DNA of 64,000 nt from Candidatus Moraniibacteriota bacterium. Its GTDB lineage: Bacteria; Patescibacteriota; Minisyncoccia; Moranbacterales; DUUL01. The first letter of the stretch is position 1. Each line of letters begins with the position of its first letter. The position numbers and the translations under genes were made by a program. The notes under the pieces are model-generated. The model was not told the DNA's origin, ran no database searches, and saw only the letters and a program-made list of their open reading frames with translations. Positions 1 through 9,899 of the stretch are shown here, one piece after another. The stretch lies in the NCBI GenBank assembly GCA_041583775.1, contig JBFHFF010000002.1:128274-192273 (forward strand), read 5' to 3'.

Positions 1-905
1 TCATAAATATTTCCGATTCCAAGCCATTTCTCCATCTTTTCAATTCCTTCTGAAGTAAGCAGTGCACTTCTTAATTTTTCATCTACATTATAATCTTCAT
101 TTTCCTTAAGTCGCGGAACAAGTGTTGCAAACTGTCCATACATTTGTGTTGATTCAGCATCTGGAGTAGAAATAATAAGAGGAGTTCGAGATTCATCAAT
201 TAGAATTGAATCTACTTCATCTACAATCGCAAAATTTAATTCCCTTTGAGCCATTTGCTCTAAGCTTTGAGCCATATTATCTCTCAAATAGTCAAACCCA
301 AATTCATTGTTTGTTCCATAAAGGACATCTGCTTGATAAGCCTCGGATCTTAAAACTGGAACCAAATTTTCTTCTTCGATACTAACTTCATTAGTATCAA
401 TTTTATTTGGGGTGTAAAGGAATGATGTTTGATTATTAATACAAGCAGTTGAAAGCCCCAAAAAATGATATACACTTCCCATCCAATTTGCATCTCTCTT
501 CGAAAGATAATCGTTTACCGTAACCACATGCACACCTTTTCCAGTTAAAGAGTTGAGGTATACTGGTAAAGTTGCTGTTAGTGTCTTTCCTTCACCGGTT
601 TTCATTTCGGCAATCTTTCCTTCATGCAAAATAACTCCACCTGTTAGTTGAGAGTCATATGGTCGTTCTCCAATCACTCGAAAAGCAGCCTCTCTTGCAA
701 CCGCAAAAGCTTCTGGCAAGATATCATCCAGTGTTTTTTCTCCTTTTTTCAAGACTTCCTTAAATTCCTCTGTTTTAGCCTTTAATTCCTCATCCGTTAA
801 GGCTTTAATTTGGCTATCAAATTCATTTACTTGCGCTACAATTTTATCAATTCGCTTTAATTCTTTTTGTTGAGAATTGCCAAACATTCTATCTAAAAGT
901 TTCAT
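1..905 (-). CDS. secA: Preprotein translocase ATPase SecA, N-terminal part (runs off window edge)
   Basis: Manual translation from ATG at 905: MKLLDRMFG...[10 protein letters not shown]...[12 protein letters not shown]...[14 protein letters not shown]...[16 protein letters not shown]...[21 protein letters not shown]. Confidence 0.97.
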   Translation of the reverse strand, partial: MKLLDRMFGNSQQKELKRIDKIVAQVNEFDSQIKALTDEELKAKTEEFKEVLKKGEKTLDDILPEAFAVAREAAFRVIGERPYDSQLTGGVILHEGKIAEMKTGEGKTLTATLPVYLNSLTGKGVHVVTVNDYLSKRDANWMGSVYHFLGLSTACINNQTSFLYTPNKIDTNEVSIEEENLVPVLRSEAYQADVLYGTNNEFGFDYLRDNMAQSLEQMAQRELNFAIVDEVDSILIDESRTPLIISTPDAESTQMYGQFATLVPRLKENEDYNVDEKLRSALLTSEGIEKMEKWLGIGNIY

Positions 906-1042
906 ATTCGATGTTATTCTTAATTTTGCTATTTATCTGTATTTATACTTTACCATTCTAAACCTGATTTCTCTTAAAGTCTAGCCTAGTGACTGTTTTT
1001 AAGAATAATCCTATTTCTTTCAGTTTACAAAAATATCATATT

Positions 1043-3202
1043 TCAAAAATGAGCCCCTTTATCGACAACAGTTTGTTTCGCTATTTTCACCAATCTAAGT
1101 TCTTCATAGGAGTACAACCCCTTAAAATAATCAAAAACTGGCCTGAGTTTTCCGTTGCCTTCTTTCTGGAAGGCTTTTTTGATCTCTTTTTGTGCTTTTT
1201 TGTTTGGTAAAAGATGCTCTATATTTATTTTTTTGTCTTCTTCAGAAATTTCCTCAATATATTGCACCACAGTGCTTTTTGTTAATTTCAGTTCCTCTAC
1301 AATCTCATTGAGGGTGTTTTTCTGCTCAATTAACTTTTTCACCACATCCATTCTTTCTTGTTTCGCATCCGAACGCACACTTTTTTTATTTTTTTTCTTT
1401 AAATTATAAATAGCAAGTGCTTCCGCTTTTTCCTCTTTTAATTTCCGAATAAAACCTGTAAATAATTCACCATACTTATTAAGCTTTTGTTTGCCTACCC
1501 CGGGAATTTTTGCAAATTCGGTTTTTGTTATCGGGAGTTGGTGCGCCATCTCCCGCAACGCTACATCACCAAAAATCACAAAAGCTGGTAGCTTTTTCTT
1601 ATCAGCAATCTTCTTGCGTAAACCGCGCAACTTTTCAAAAATATCTTCGTCATAATTTTCACCACACCCCCGCCTTCTAAATAAAAAAACTTCTTTTTTT
1701 ACTTTTGGTAATGCAATTTTTTTACGCTTAGCTAAAAATTCCGTTCCTTTTTTCGAAATACGAAATGTTTCGTATTCACCACTATTTTGAATCACCAACT
1801 CTTTTGCTACAATATGTGCAAAAAATTCCATAAGTTCAGCAGTTGAGTATTCTTTCGCAATTCCCCAAACCGAAAGCTCGTTGTGCTGGCGTGTTCTAAT
1901 TGCTCTGTCTTTTGAACCACGCAAAACTTTAATCACATGTCCTTTACCAAAAACATTCCCTGTTCTTATGACAGCAGAAAGAATTTTCTGTACAACCTCT
2001 GTCGCATCTTCGGTATTTTTGCTATTCAAGCAAACATCGCAAGTACCACATTCCATTAAGTCTTTTTGCCCAAAATATCTTGTAATCCACTGCCAACGAC
2101 AACTTCTCGCTTGTGCAAATTGCATCACTTCACGAATTTTTTTCTCTTCTCCTACTCTTCTTTTTTCATCCGTCATCCGTGTCAGAAAAAAATCCAATTT
2201 TATTTTATCTCCAGCAGAAAACAACAATACGCATTCACTTGGAAGTCCATCCCTGCCAGCACGACCAATTTCTTGATAATAACCCTCAATTGTCTTGGGA
2301 AATGTTTTGTGAATAACCAATCTGACATCTGGTTTATCTATCCCCATCCCAAAAGCAATTGTCGCAACTACAACATTAATTTCATCACGAACAAAAGCAT
2401 CTTGGGTTTTAACTCTCTCCTCGGAAGACATTCCCGCATGATAACTTCCAACATTTATCCCCTCTGCAGAAAGAGTTTTTGTTAATTGCTCAGTCTCTTT
2501 TCTAGAAAAACAATAAATAATTGCTGATTCATTTTTATACTTGTCCAGTAAATGAATAATTTTATCATTGGCACCACTTTTTGACAAAACACTGATGTGT
2601 AAATTTTCGCGATAAAAATCTGAAACAAAAACTTCGTGGTTAAACAATTCCAATTCTCTCACAATATCATCTCTCACAATCTGAGTTGCAGATGCCGTAA
2701 GTGCAATTATTGGAATTTTAGGAAAACGCTTGCGAAATAATTTCAAATTGCGATAATCTGGTCTAAAATCATGACCCCATTGTGAGATACAATGAGCCTC
2801 ATCAACTGCAAGTGCTGCGATATTAATCTTTTCGAGCCATTCTCCTACATTAACACTAGCCAATCTTTCTGGTGCAATATAAATAAGTTTATACTTTCCT
2901 TTTTCAGCTTTTTGCATTCTTTTTTGCAATTCACTAGCTTCAATTGAAGAGTTGAGCATTGTTGCTGAAATTCCATTTGCAACAAGTGCATCCACTTGAT
3001 CCTTCATCAAAGAAATCAAAGGAGAAACAACTATCGTTGTGCCTTTGCGCATAAGTGCAGGTAACTGAAAACAAAGCGATTTACCTCCTCCAGTGGGCAT
3101 TACCACAACCACATCTCTATCGGATAAAAAATGTTTAATAACTTGCTCTTGTACTGAACGAAAAGCCTCGTGTCCAAAATGTTTTTTAAGAATTTTTTTC
3201 AT
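1043..3202 (-). CDS. recQ: ATP-dependent DNA helicase RecQ (helicase, Zn/RQC, HRDC, C-terminal HTH)
   Basis: MPTGGGKSLCFQLPAL, VDEAHCISQWGHDFRP, ATIAFGMGIDKPDVR, YYQEIGRAGRDG, CGTCDVC and HRDC-like PAFVIFGD. Start taken at MKKILKK. Confidence 0.95.
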   Translation of the reverse strand: MKKILKKHFGHEAFRSVQEQVIKHFLSDRDVVVVMPTGGGKSLCFQLPALMRKGTTIVVSPLISLMKDQVDALVANGISATMLNSSIEASELQKRMQKAEKGKYKLIYIAPERLASVNVGEWLEKINIAALAVDEAHCISQWGHDFRPDYRNLKLFRKRFPKIPIIALTASATQIVRDDIVRELELFNHEVFVSDFYRENLHISVLSKSGANDKIIHLLDKYKNESAIIYCFSRKETEQLTKTLSAEGINVGSYHAGMSSEERVKTQDAFVRDEINVVVATIAFGMGIDKPDVRLVIHKTFPKTIEGYYQEIGRAGRDGLPSECVLLFSAGDKIKLDFFLTRMTDEKRRVGEEKKIREVMQFAQARSCRWQWITRYFGQKDLMECGTCDVCLNSKNTEDATEVVQKILSAVIRTGNVFGKGHVIKVLRGSKDRAIRTRQHNELSVWGIAKEYSTAELMEFFAHIVAKELVIQNSGEYETFRISKKGTEFLAKRKKIALPKVKKEVFLFRRRGCGENYDEDIFEKLRGLRKKIADKKKLPAFVIFGDVALREMAHQLPITKTEFAKIPGVGKQKLNKYGELFTGFIRKLKEEKAEALAIYNLKKKNKKSVRSDAKQERMDVVKKLIEQKNTLNEIVEELKLTKSTVVQYIEEISEEDKKINIEHLLPNKKAQKEIKKAFQKEGNGKLRPVFDYFKGLYSYEELRLVKIAKQTVVDKGAHF

Positions 3203-3257
3203 AATTACATAATAACAATACCAACATTTTTTGCAAAACTCAGTCATTAAATAAAAA

Positions 3258-3284
3258 ATTAAACCGCCAATTCGACGGTTTAAT
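3258..3284 (-). terminator. Intrinsic terminator-like hairpin downstream of hpf
   Basis: ATTAAACCG/CGGTTTAAT stem flanked by A and T tracts. Confidence 0.6.
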
Positions 3285-3305
3285 CCTTTTTTTCTTTAAA
3301 TTTCA

Positions 3306-3647
3306 CTATATCTCAGTAACTTCTGAAATTTTAGATCTTCTTCGTAAACTATCTCTGACTTTTTCCTTTGTTCTTCTGATTTTTTTCAACAAAGCTTCAT
3401 CTGCAAGATCAATTGCTTTTTTCATATCTTTGTCTTTTTTCTCAACCCTAAATGTAACACCAGGGATAACAGCACTCATAACTATTTGCCAAAAATAACT
3501 TTTGTCTTGTTTAATTTCAAGATCTGCTCTTAAAAGATTTGGCTCATAATCGCCTAATAATTTTTTAGACTTTCTTGCTTTTTTTTCGATATATTCCTTT
3601 TCGCTTTCGTTGAGCTTTTCAGCTCCGGTTAAGTACCTGATTTCCAT
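3306..3647 (-). CDS. hpf: Ribosome hibernation promoting factor (HPF/RaiA family)
   Basis: 113 aa with EYIEKK near the N-terminus and DMKKAIDLADEALLKKIRRTKEK at the C-terminus; lies near secA. Confidence 0.75.
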   Translation of the reverse strand: MEIRYLTGAEKLNESEKEYIEKKARKSKKLLGDYEPNLLRADLEIKQDKSYFWQIVMSAVIPGVTFRVEKKDKDMKKAIDLADEALLKKIRRTKEKVRDSLRRRSKISEVTEI

Positions 3648-3785
3648 CTTATTTTTCTTTAATTATTAAGGCTTATTTTAAATAATAAAAGCCCTTCTCA
3701 AGGCTCTTGATTATTTATCATCTCTTTTTTACTACTAAATTTTTAAAAAAATAAATCATTTTTTATTCTTCAATTTAAACTCGTG

Positions 3786-4733
3786 CTACATCAATATCTT
3801 CACTTCCTCTTCTAGTTGTACGCTAAACTTATTCCTAACTTTCATTTTCACAAGACTTATCAAAATAATAACATCTTCGCTCGTTGCATTCCCCATATTT
3901 ACAATGAAATTAGCTTGTTTTTGATCTATCATTGCATCTCCGATTCGCTCACCTTTCAAATCACACCTATCAATCAACCAGCCAGCTGGCACTTTACCAT
4001 CACGGCTTTTTTGCTCGCTATCAAATTCAAATTTTTCAACCACCTCGCTGCTAACAATGGGGTTTTTGAAAATACATCCTACTGAAGGAAAAAGACCGAC
4101 GGATGGTTGTCCCAAATTGCGTTTTTTAATTATTTCTTTTACTTTTTCTTTTATAACTCTTTCATCACCCTTTTCTAATTCAATCTCGACTTCCCAGACA
4201 AATAAATTATCATTCTCCTTGAAAACGCTAGACCGATATTCAAATCCACAATCTGCCAAATCAATTTGATGTACTTCCAATTTTTCATCATTCGTGTCAA
4301 TTACAAAAACTTTTGACACATTGTCTTTTATTTCTTTCCCAAATGCTCCAGCATTGCCCCTGACTGCGCCACCAACTGTTCCGGGAATTCCAGCTGACCA
4401 CTCAAGCCCTGTCAAAGAATTGTTTATTGCAAATGAAGTCAATTTATTAAAAACCACTCCCGCACCGCAAAGAAGTCTTGTTCTTCCATTTGCTTCCTTG
4501 AAAATCTCCCATGAATCATTTTCAATTTTCACAACCAAGCCAGAAAAACCATTATCTGAAAATAAGATATTGCTTCCACCACCCAAAAGAAAAATTTTCA
4601 ATTCATTTCTTTTTGCAAAATCAACCGCCTCACTCAAATCCTTCTTTTTTTTAACTATACAAAAATACTGTGCTTCACCACCGATTTTAAAAGTTGAATA
4701 TTTTTTTAATGAAACCTTTTCTTGAATCTCCAT
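3786..4733 (-). CDS. murB: UDP-N-acetylenolpyruvoylglucosamine reductase
   Basis: TFKIGGEA, LGGGSNIL, GIPGTVGGAVRGNAGAFG, FEYRSSVFK, GCIFKNP, ANFIVN, LEEEV. Confidence 0.96.
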   Translation of the reverse strand: MEIQEKVSLKKYSTFKIGGEAQYFCIVKKKKDLSEAVDFAKRNELKIFLLGGGSNILFSDNGFSGLVVKIENDSWEIFKEANGRTRLLCGAGVVFNKLTSFAINNSLTGLEWSAGIPGTVGGAVRGNAGAFGKEIKDNVSKVFVIDTNDEKLEVHQIDLADCGFEYRSSVFKENDNLFVWEVEIELEKGDERVIKEKVKEIIKKRNLGQPSVGLFPSVGCIFKNPIVSSEVVEKFEFDSEQKSRDGKVPAGWLIDRCDLKGERIGDAMIDQKQANFIVNMGNATSEDVIILISLVKMKVRNKFSVQLEEEVKILM

Positions 4734-4788
4734 TTTTTTATTTTAGCTTTATTCTTCTGTTCTTTTCTTTTTAAAAAATCTTTGTTTT

Positions 4789-5928
4789 TTACTGTTCCCA
4801 ACTTGTTAAAATCTCAAGTGTTTCTTTTGCACTTTTTTCCCAACTAAATTCTTTAGCAAACAAAGATCCTTTTAAAATCATCTCCTCTCTTATTTTAGAA
4901 GATTTCATAATTTTTAGCAAAACACTTTCAAGCTGATCAACATCACCACTTTTAAAAAATTTAGCAGCAGCTCCCCCCACTTCTATCAAAGATGAATTTT
5001 TGGCAGATACAACAGGTGTCATAGATGCGAAGCTTTCTAAAACAGGAATCCCAAATCCTTCATAGAGAGATGGGAAAATAAAAATTTCAGCACCTTGATA
5101 CAAAACTGCTAATTGTTCAAAATCTACTTTCCCAGTCAAGATAATATCTTTTTTATAAACAGAGCTTTTTGCTGCAAAAATAATTTCTTCTGACATCCAA
5201 GCAGCCTCTCCTGCAAGCACTAGTTGCAAGTTTTCAAATTTTTGATTTTTTTTAATTTTTTCAAAAGCACTAATCAATGTTTTTAAATCTTTTCTTGGTT
5301 GTAGTGCTCCTACATATAATAAATATTTTTGATTTTGTTTGTTAGGAATTTTCAGATCATTTTTAACCTGCAAAATTTCTTCATTCGATCTTCTTGGCAA
5401 AAAATGTTTTTCATCAAAACCATGGTGTACTATGAAAATTTTTTTCTCATCCACATTAGGATATAGTTTTAAAATATCCGCCTTGGTAGCTTTTGAAATT
5501 GCAATAATTCTATCTGCTCTTTTAATTGCCGAGTCTGTAAAAAAATTCAATTTCCACAAGTCCTTTTTTGGAAAATATGCTGGAAAAAACTTAAAAGCCA
5601 AATCATGTACAGTAATCACATATTTTGTTTTTTTTGGTCCAATAAAAGGAACTTGTTGGATTGGCATCCAACAAACATCAGGCTTTCTACTTTTTAGTTC
5701 TGCAGCAAAAACAGTTTGTGTCCACCACCAATGTGATGAGATTTTTTTATCAAAATAATTCTCAAATTTTTTAGGCTTCAAGAGTTCGTTAAACTCTTCT
5801 TGATGATACAAAAAAAACTCATCTCGTTTATTTAGTTCTCCAAACCAATTTAAAAGTTGTTTTATATAAACCCGTGTTCCATCAATTCGACTATGGTCTA
5901 AATCTGCACAATCAATTGCAATTTTCAT
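4789..5928 (-). CDS. Glycosyltransferase family 4 (GT-B)
   Basis: TVHDL, IIAISKAT, YVGALQPRK, FPSLYEGFGIPVLE, FSWEKSA. Confidence 0.92.
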   Translation of the reverse strand: MKIAIDCADLDHSRIDGTRVYIKQLLNWFGELNKRDEFFLYHQEEFNELLKPKKFENYFDKKISSHWWWTQTVFAAELKSRKPDVCWMPIQQVPFIGPKKTKYVITVHDLAFKFFPAYFPKKDLWKLNFFTDSAIKRADRIIAISKATKADILKLYPNVDEKKIFIVHHGFDEKHFLPRRSNEEILQVKNDLKIPNKQNQKYLLYVGALQPRKDLKTLISAFEKIKKNQKFENLQLVLAGEAAWMSEEIIFAAKSSVYKKDIILTGKVDFEQLAVLYQGAEIFIFPSLYEGFGIPVLESFASMTPVVSAKNSSLIEVGGAAAKFFKSGDVDQLESVLLKIMKSSKIREEMILKGSLFAKEFSWEKSAKETLEILTSWEQ

Positions 5929-5999
5929 ATTTTATTCTTTAAAAAATTAAAAATAAAAATTAGATATTTCCAAATTTTACTTAAATCAAACGCCAATGC

Positions 6000-6027
6000 T
6001 TGACAAAATAGATATTTATGCTATATT
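6000..6027 (+). promoter_or_regulatory. Sigma70-type promoter
   Basis: TTGACA (6000-6005), 16-nt spacer, extended -10 TG-c-TATATT (6022-6027). Confidence 0.65.
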
Positions 6028-6078
6028 AGAATAACTTTTATTCAAGCTTCAAACCCTTTAACCAAAAAGGAGTATTTT

Positions 6079-6201
6079 TTGAAAAAAAGAAAGGTGGGGG
6101 CTAAGAAAGCCCCCAGAAAAAGAAGGGGCGGGGGAATTATCATTTCCCTCATACCAGAAACTCCTCCTGATTACATAAGGAGGAAAAAAGAAAGATTATA
6201 G
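6079..6201 (+). other. Small basic 40-aa ORF and/or structured small RNA
   Basis: SD AAGGAG at 6067-6072, TTG start, MKKRKVGAKKAPRKRRGGGIIISLIPETPPDYIRRKKERL*. Three G/C-rich hairpins lie inside the ORF. Confidence 0.5.
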
Positions 6202-6211
6202 CGAAAACCGC

Positions 6212-6243
6212 AGGGCGAGTGTAGAATTGTCTACCTCGCCTTT
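6212..6243. terminator. Hairpin between convergent transcription units
   Basis: AGGGCGAG-t-GTAGA attg TCTAC-CTCGCCTT followed by T. Confidence 0.6.
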
Positions 6244-7452
6244 CTAATTACTTCCCTGCATTTCAGCTTGTATTTTGTTATAAACATCTTTATCTTCAAT
6301 ACCCTTGGCCAATTCCTGCTTGGCTTTTATTATAGCACTTATATCCATAGCTTCTTCTCTTTTTAAATAGCCCCATCTTATAAGGTTGGGTATATTACTA
6401 TATCTTTCTAAAATTGTCTTTCTCATAAAAGCTTTAGGTTTTTTGACCTTATTTACAGGAGCCAATTTATTTAATAAAAAACCTTGTTCAATATTTCCAA
6501 CCATTTCTTTCATTAACTTCGTAGTCCTTGCCTTCTCGCTAGTTATTTGATTTTCTTTCTTAATTAATCTCCATAGTTCCTGGAGTTTATCATTATCTAA
6601 AACTGTTATCTCAATATTAGAGCCTGCAATTTTTTTTCGCTCTTTTTCAATCAGTGCTTGATTAAACTCAGCCACATCACTTGAATCACTGAAGGTTTTT
6701 AAATTCACATTTAATATTTTTCCTCCACTAACAATTTCTGCATCAATTTTCTCTTTGTGATCATCCAAGGGCAGTGCTGATCTTGTCTCTATTAAATGCT
6801 CCTGTCCTTGTCTTTCGGCCCATTCATTTACCAGATAAACAAACTGCACTTCCGCTTTAAGTCCTTTCACATCTATATTATCAGCGATCGTCCTGTGTTC
6901 TTTTTTTAAATCAGCCATTTTCTCCTGCCTCTCTTTCTCATCCTTAATTCTTTTAGCTCTACCATATTTAATATCGCAAATCAGCGTCTCTATTGTTTGT
7001 TTTTTTACAAAAAGTGTATCTTCCCAGTTGGCAAGGGCTTTTTCATAATATTGAATTGCACTTTCTTCGTTTGCTTCTAAATCCTCTTTTTTCTCATACT
7101 CCCCATAAGCATTTGCAACTTCTTGTCGACTCAATTCTTCATATTTTTTCCCCTTCCTTTTGGCAACATCCACTAAAGATAACATAAAACGGACATTATC
7201 AATATTAACTCTTTCCTGTCTTTCCATTCCTTGATACAAATCAATCATTCGTTGTCTCTTGTTTTCAATCTCTTCATCTTCACAGCTATTTCTTTCTAAA
7301 AAATCAATAATTTCACCATATCTAATATTTCCTCGATAAAAAGCTCTCTCTTTTTGATCAAATAGTTTATTTTTTTCTTCATCACTTTCACTTTCTTTGT
7401 GATTTTCTCTTTCTCTATTGTTCATTAAAAATTCTTCTTTGTTTTTTTTCAT
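6244..7452 (-). CDS. Hypothetical protein, possible PD-(D/E)XK nuclease fold in C-terminal half
   Basis: 402-aa ORF 1 nt downstream of tatD; charged helical N-terminus; GLKAE...LDDHKEKIDAEIV...NVNLKT. Confidence 0.6.
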   Translation of the reverse strand: MKKNKEEFLMNNRERENHKESESDEEKNKLFDQKERAFYRGNIRYGEIIDFLERNSCEDEEIENKRQRMIDLYQGMERQERVNIDNVRFMLSLVDVAKRKGKKYEELSRQEVANAYGEYEKKEDLEANEESAIQYYEKALANWEDTLFVKKQTIETLICDIKYGRAKRIKDEKERQEKMADLKKEHRTIADNIDVKGLKAEVQFVYLVNEWAERQGQEHLIETRSALPLDDHKEKIDAEIVSGGKILNVNLKTFSDSSDVAEFNQALIEKERKKIAGSNIEITVLDNDKLQELWRLIKKENQITSEKARTTKLMKEMVGNIEQGFLLNKLAPVNKVKKPKAFMRKTILERYSNIPNLIRWGYLKREEAMDISAIIKAKQELAKGIEDKDVYNKIQAEMQGSN

Positions 7453-7453
7453 C

Positions 7454-8260
7454 TTATTTATCTTTAGCTATTTTTAAACAAAAAAAATCTATTGCGTTTT
7501 GATCTAATGTTCTCTCGGCATCCTGCAAATCACATTCTTTTATATGAGCAATTTTTTCAATCACAAATTTCACAAAAGCTGGTTCATTCCTCCTACCACG
7601 CATTGGAGTCGGTGCCAAAAAAGGACAATCGGTTTCTGACATAATCTTTTCAATTGGAATTATCCGTATAACTTCAAAAATTTCTGCGTCTGTTTTTTTT
7701 GAAAAAGTAATATTACCGGTAAAAGAAAAGGACATTTTTTTTAGCGTTAAAAAATCTTGTGTCTGTTTGATACTTCCTCCATAACAATGCATCACCATTT
7801 TTAAATCTGCATATCTCTTTTTGGAAATAATTTCATACACATCCTCATATGCATCACGGCAATGAATAATAACTGGCAATTCTTGTTTTTGTGCAATCTC
7901 TAGCTGTGCAATAAATAACTCTTTTTGCTCTTTTTTATTTTTAACATTATGAAAATAGTCCAAACCAATCTCACCAATTGCAACCACTTTTTTTTCCTGC
8001 GCCAATTCTTTAAGTTGTTTGACAATTTTTTCCAAAGAAAAAAGCTTACCTATTTGATCTAAAATTTCTGGGTGAAAACCAACACTTGAAAAAACATTTT
8101 TATGTAAGTTGGTAATTTTAATAGACTTTAAACTTCTTTTAAAATCAACTCCTATATTAATAATGGCTTTTCCATTATTTTCTATAAAAAACCGAGAAAT
8201 GACCTCTTCACGATCTTCGTCAAAATTTTCGAAATCCAAATGCGCATGTGTATCAATCAT
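7454..8260 (-). CDS. tatD: TatD family DNase
   Basis: MIDTHAHLD, GFHPE, VAIGEIGLDY, IIHCRDA, MHCY, ETDCPFLAP, RNEP. Confidence 0.95.
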   Translation of the reverse strand: MIDTHAHLDFENFDEDREEVISRFFIENNGKAIINIGVDFKRSLKSIKITNLHKNVFSSVGFHPEILDQIGKLFSLEKIVKQLKELAQEKKVVAIGEIGLDYFHNVKNKKEQKELFIAQLEIAQKQELPVIIHCRDAYEDVYEIISKKRYADLKMVMHCYGGSIKQTQDFLTLKKMSFSFTGNITFSKKTDAEIFEVIRIIPIEKIMSETDCPFLAPTPMRGRRNEPAFVKFVIEKIAHIKECDLQDAERTLDQNAIDFFCLKIAKDK

Positions 8261-8441
8261 TTTTTCTTGTCTTTATTTATATCCTTGCCTTATTATAAAC
8301 AATTTAAAAAATTTTAACATCTTCAATTTACTTTTGCCAAAATGATTTGTTTTTGATAACATATTAATACAAAATATTTTCATTAAACTAACAGACATTA
8401 TATTTCTGTTTTTATTTTGTTTTTTAAGTATTAACAAATTT

Positions 8442-9425
8442 ATGGACTATCTCATTGTTGTTTTTTTAGTTCTTCTTTCTGGTTTATTTTCAGGTCTTAC
8501 GCTTGGATTATTAAGTTTGGACATTGACGAATTAAAAAGAAAGATTTTTCTTGGCAATGAACATGCAAAAAAAGTTCTCTCTGTTCGAAAAAGAGGCAAT
8601 TTATTACTTTGTACTTTATTACTAGGAAATGTAGCAGTTAATTCTACTATAGCAATTTTTTTAGGAGATATTTCCAATGGATTTGTAGCTGGAATAATAG
8701 CAACCGCTCTAATTGTGATATTTGGAGAAATCATACCTCAGGCAACTTTTGCAAGGTATGCCTTGCGTGTTGGGGCCAATACTGCCTGGATAGTAAAAAT
8801 ATTTATTATATTATTTTTTCCAATCTGTTGGCCGATCGCCTGGATGTTGGATAAATTTTTGGGCGAAGAAATGCCAACCGTCTATTCCAAAAAAGAGTTA
8901 ATGAAAATTGTTGAAGAGCACGAGGGATACAAAGAAAGTGATGTCGATGCTGATGAAAAGAGAATTGTAAAAGGAGCTCTTTCTTATTCTCATAAGATGG
9001 TTCGAGAAATTATGACTCCAAGAACCGTGGTTTATGCCCTGAGTGTAGAAACTGTTCTAAACAAATCAACCCTAAATGACATTAAACAGCAAGGCTTTAC
9101 AAGAATTCCTGTCTTCAAGAATTCTAAAGATAATGTTATTGGACTTCTTTATGCAAAAGACTTAATTAACATAAAACCCTCCACAATAATTAAAAATGTT
9201 TATCGAAAAGAAAAAACTCTCACGGTAAAAGAAGATTTGCACCTTGACGAACTATTCAACACTTTCATTGAATCAAAGGTTCACATAGCCTTTGTTAAGG
9301 ACGAATATAATGGGTTGGAGGGCGTTGTAACTCTTGAAGATGTTATGGAAGAAATTTTAAAAGTTGAAATAGTTGACGAGACTGATACTGTTGTAGATTT
9401 ACAAAAAAAAGCACTTTCGAGATAG
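8442..9425 (+). CDS. CNNM (DUF21)-CBS domain membrane protein
   Basis: SGLFSGLTLGLLSLD, LLCTLLLGNVAVN, FGEIIPQ, IMTPR, FTRIPV, GVVTLEDVMEEIL. Confidence 0.92.
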   Translation: MDYLIVVFLVLLSGLFSGLTLGLLSLDIDELKRKIFLGNEHAKKVLSVRKRGNLLLCTLLLGNVAVNSTIAIFLGDISNGFVAGIIATALIVIFGEIIPQATFARYALRVGANTAWIVKIFIILFFPICWPIAWMLDKFLGEEMPTVYSKKELMKIVEEHEGYKESDVDADEKRIVKGALSYSHKMVREIMTPRTVVYALSVETVLNKSTLNDIKQQGFTRIPVFKNSKDNVIGLLYAKDLINIKPSTIIKNVYRKEKTLTVKEDLHLDELFNTFIESKVHIAFVKDEYNGLEGVVTLEDVMEEILKVEIVDETDTVVDLQKKALSR

Positions 9426-9442
9426 CTCCTAAGTGCTTTTTT
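9405..9442. terminator. Bidirectional terminator-like hairpin
   Basis: AAAAAAGCACTT...AAGTGCTTTTTT between convergent genes. Confidence 0.55.
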
Positions 9443-9473
9443 ATTGAATTTTTTACTTTTCTTGTTGTTATTT

Positions 9474-9875
9474 TTATTCTCCGTATTCAGCCTTTCCCAT
9501 TAAGGATGTTTTATTTTGAGACTCTTCAAAGACTTGCCCACCTTCATCTCTACCAACTGGCTTTTGATTGGTTTTCTCTAAGGACCTTCTTTCTATGGCC
9601 TCTATCTTATCATTCACAAACTTTTCCACATCATTAATTGAGTCAGGTCTTAAAAGACCTTTTGCGAACATATTCACTAATGAATTTTCAACCCCCTGTT
9701 TAACTACAGATGGTAATTCTTTTTCGTTTTTCCTTTCATAACTCTCAATAAGTGTTTCGCATAATTTTTCTGCTTTTTCTGCATCACTAACTTCCACCCT
9801 CTCAGCTTTAGCAACTTCCGTTTTTGACGCTCTTGCTTTTTCTGGAGAATTCATCCCAAAAAAGTTTAATTTCAT
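9474..9875 (-). CDS. Hypothetical protein
   Basis: 133-aa ORF just downstream of metG on the same strand. Confidence 0.65.
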   Translation of the reverse strand: MKLNFFGMNSPEKARASKTEVAKAERVEVSDAEKAEKLCETLIESYERKNEKELPSVVKQGVENSLVNMFAKGLLRPDSINDVEKFVNDKIEAIERRSLEKTNQKPVGRDEGGQVFEESQNKTSLMGKAEYGE

Positions 9876-9899
9876 ATTTTTTTTATTTTTTAATTATTT

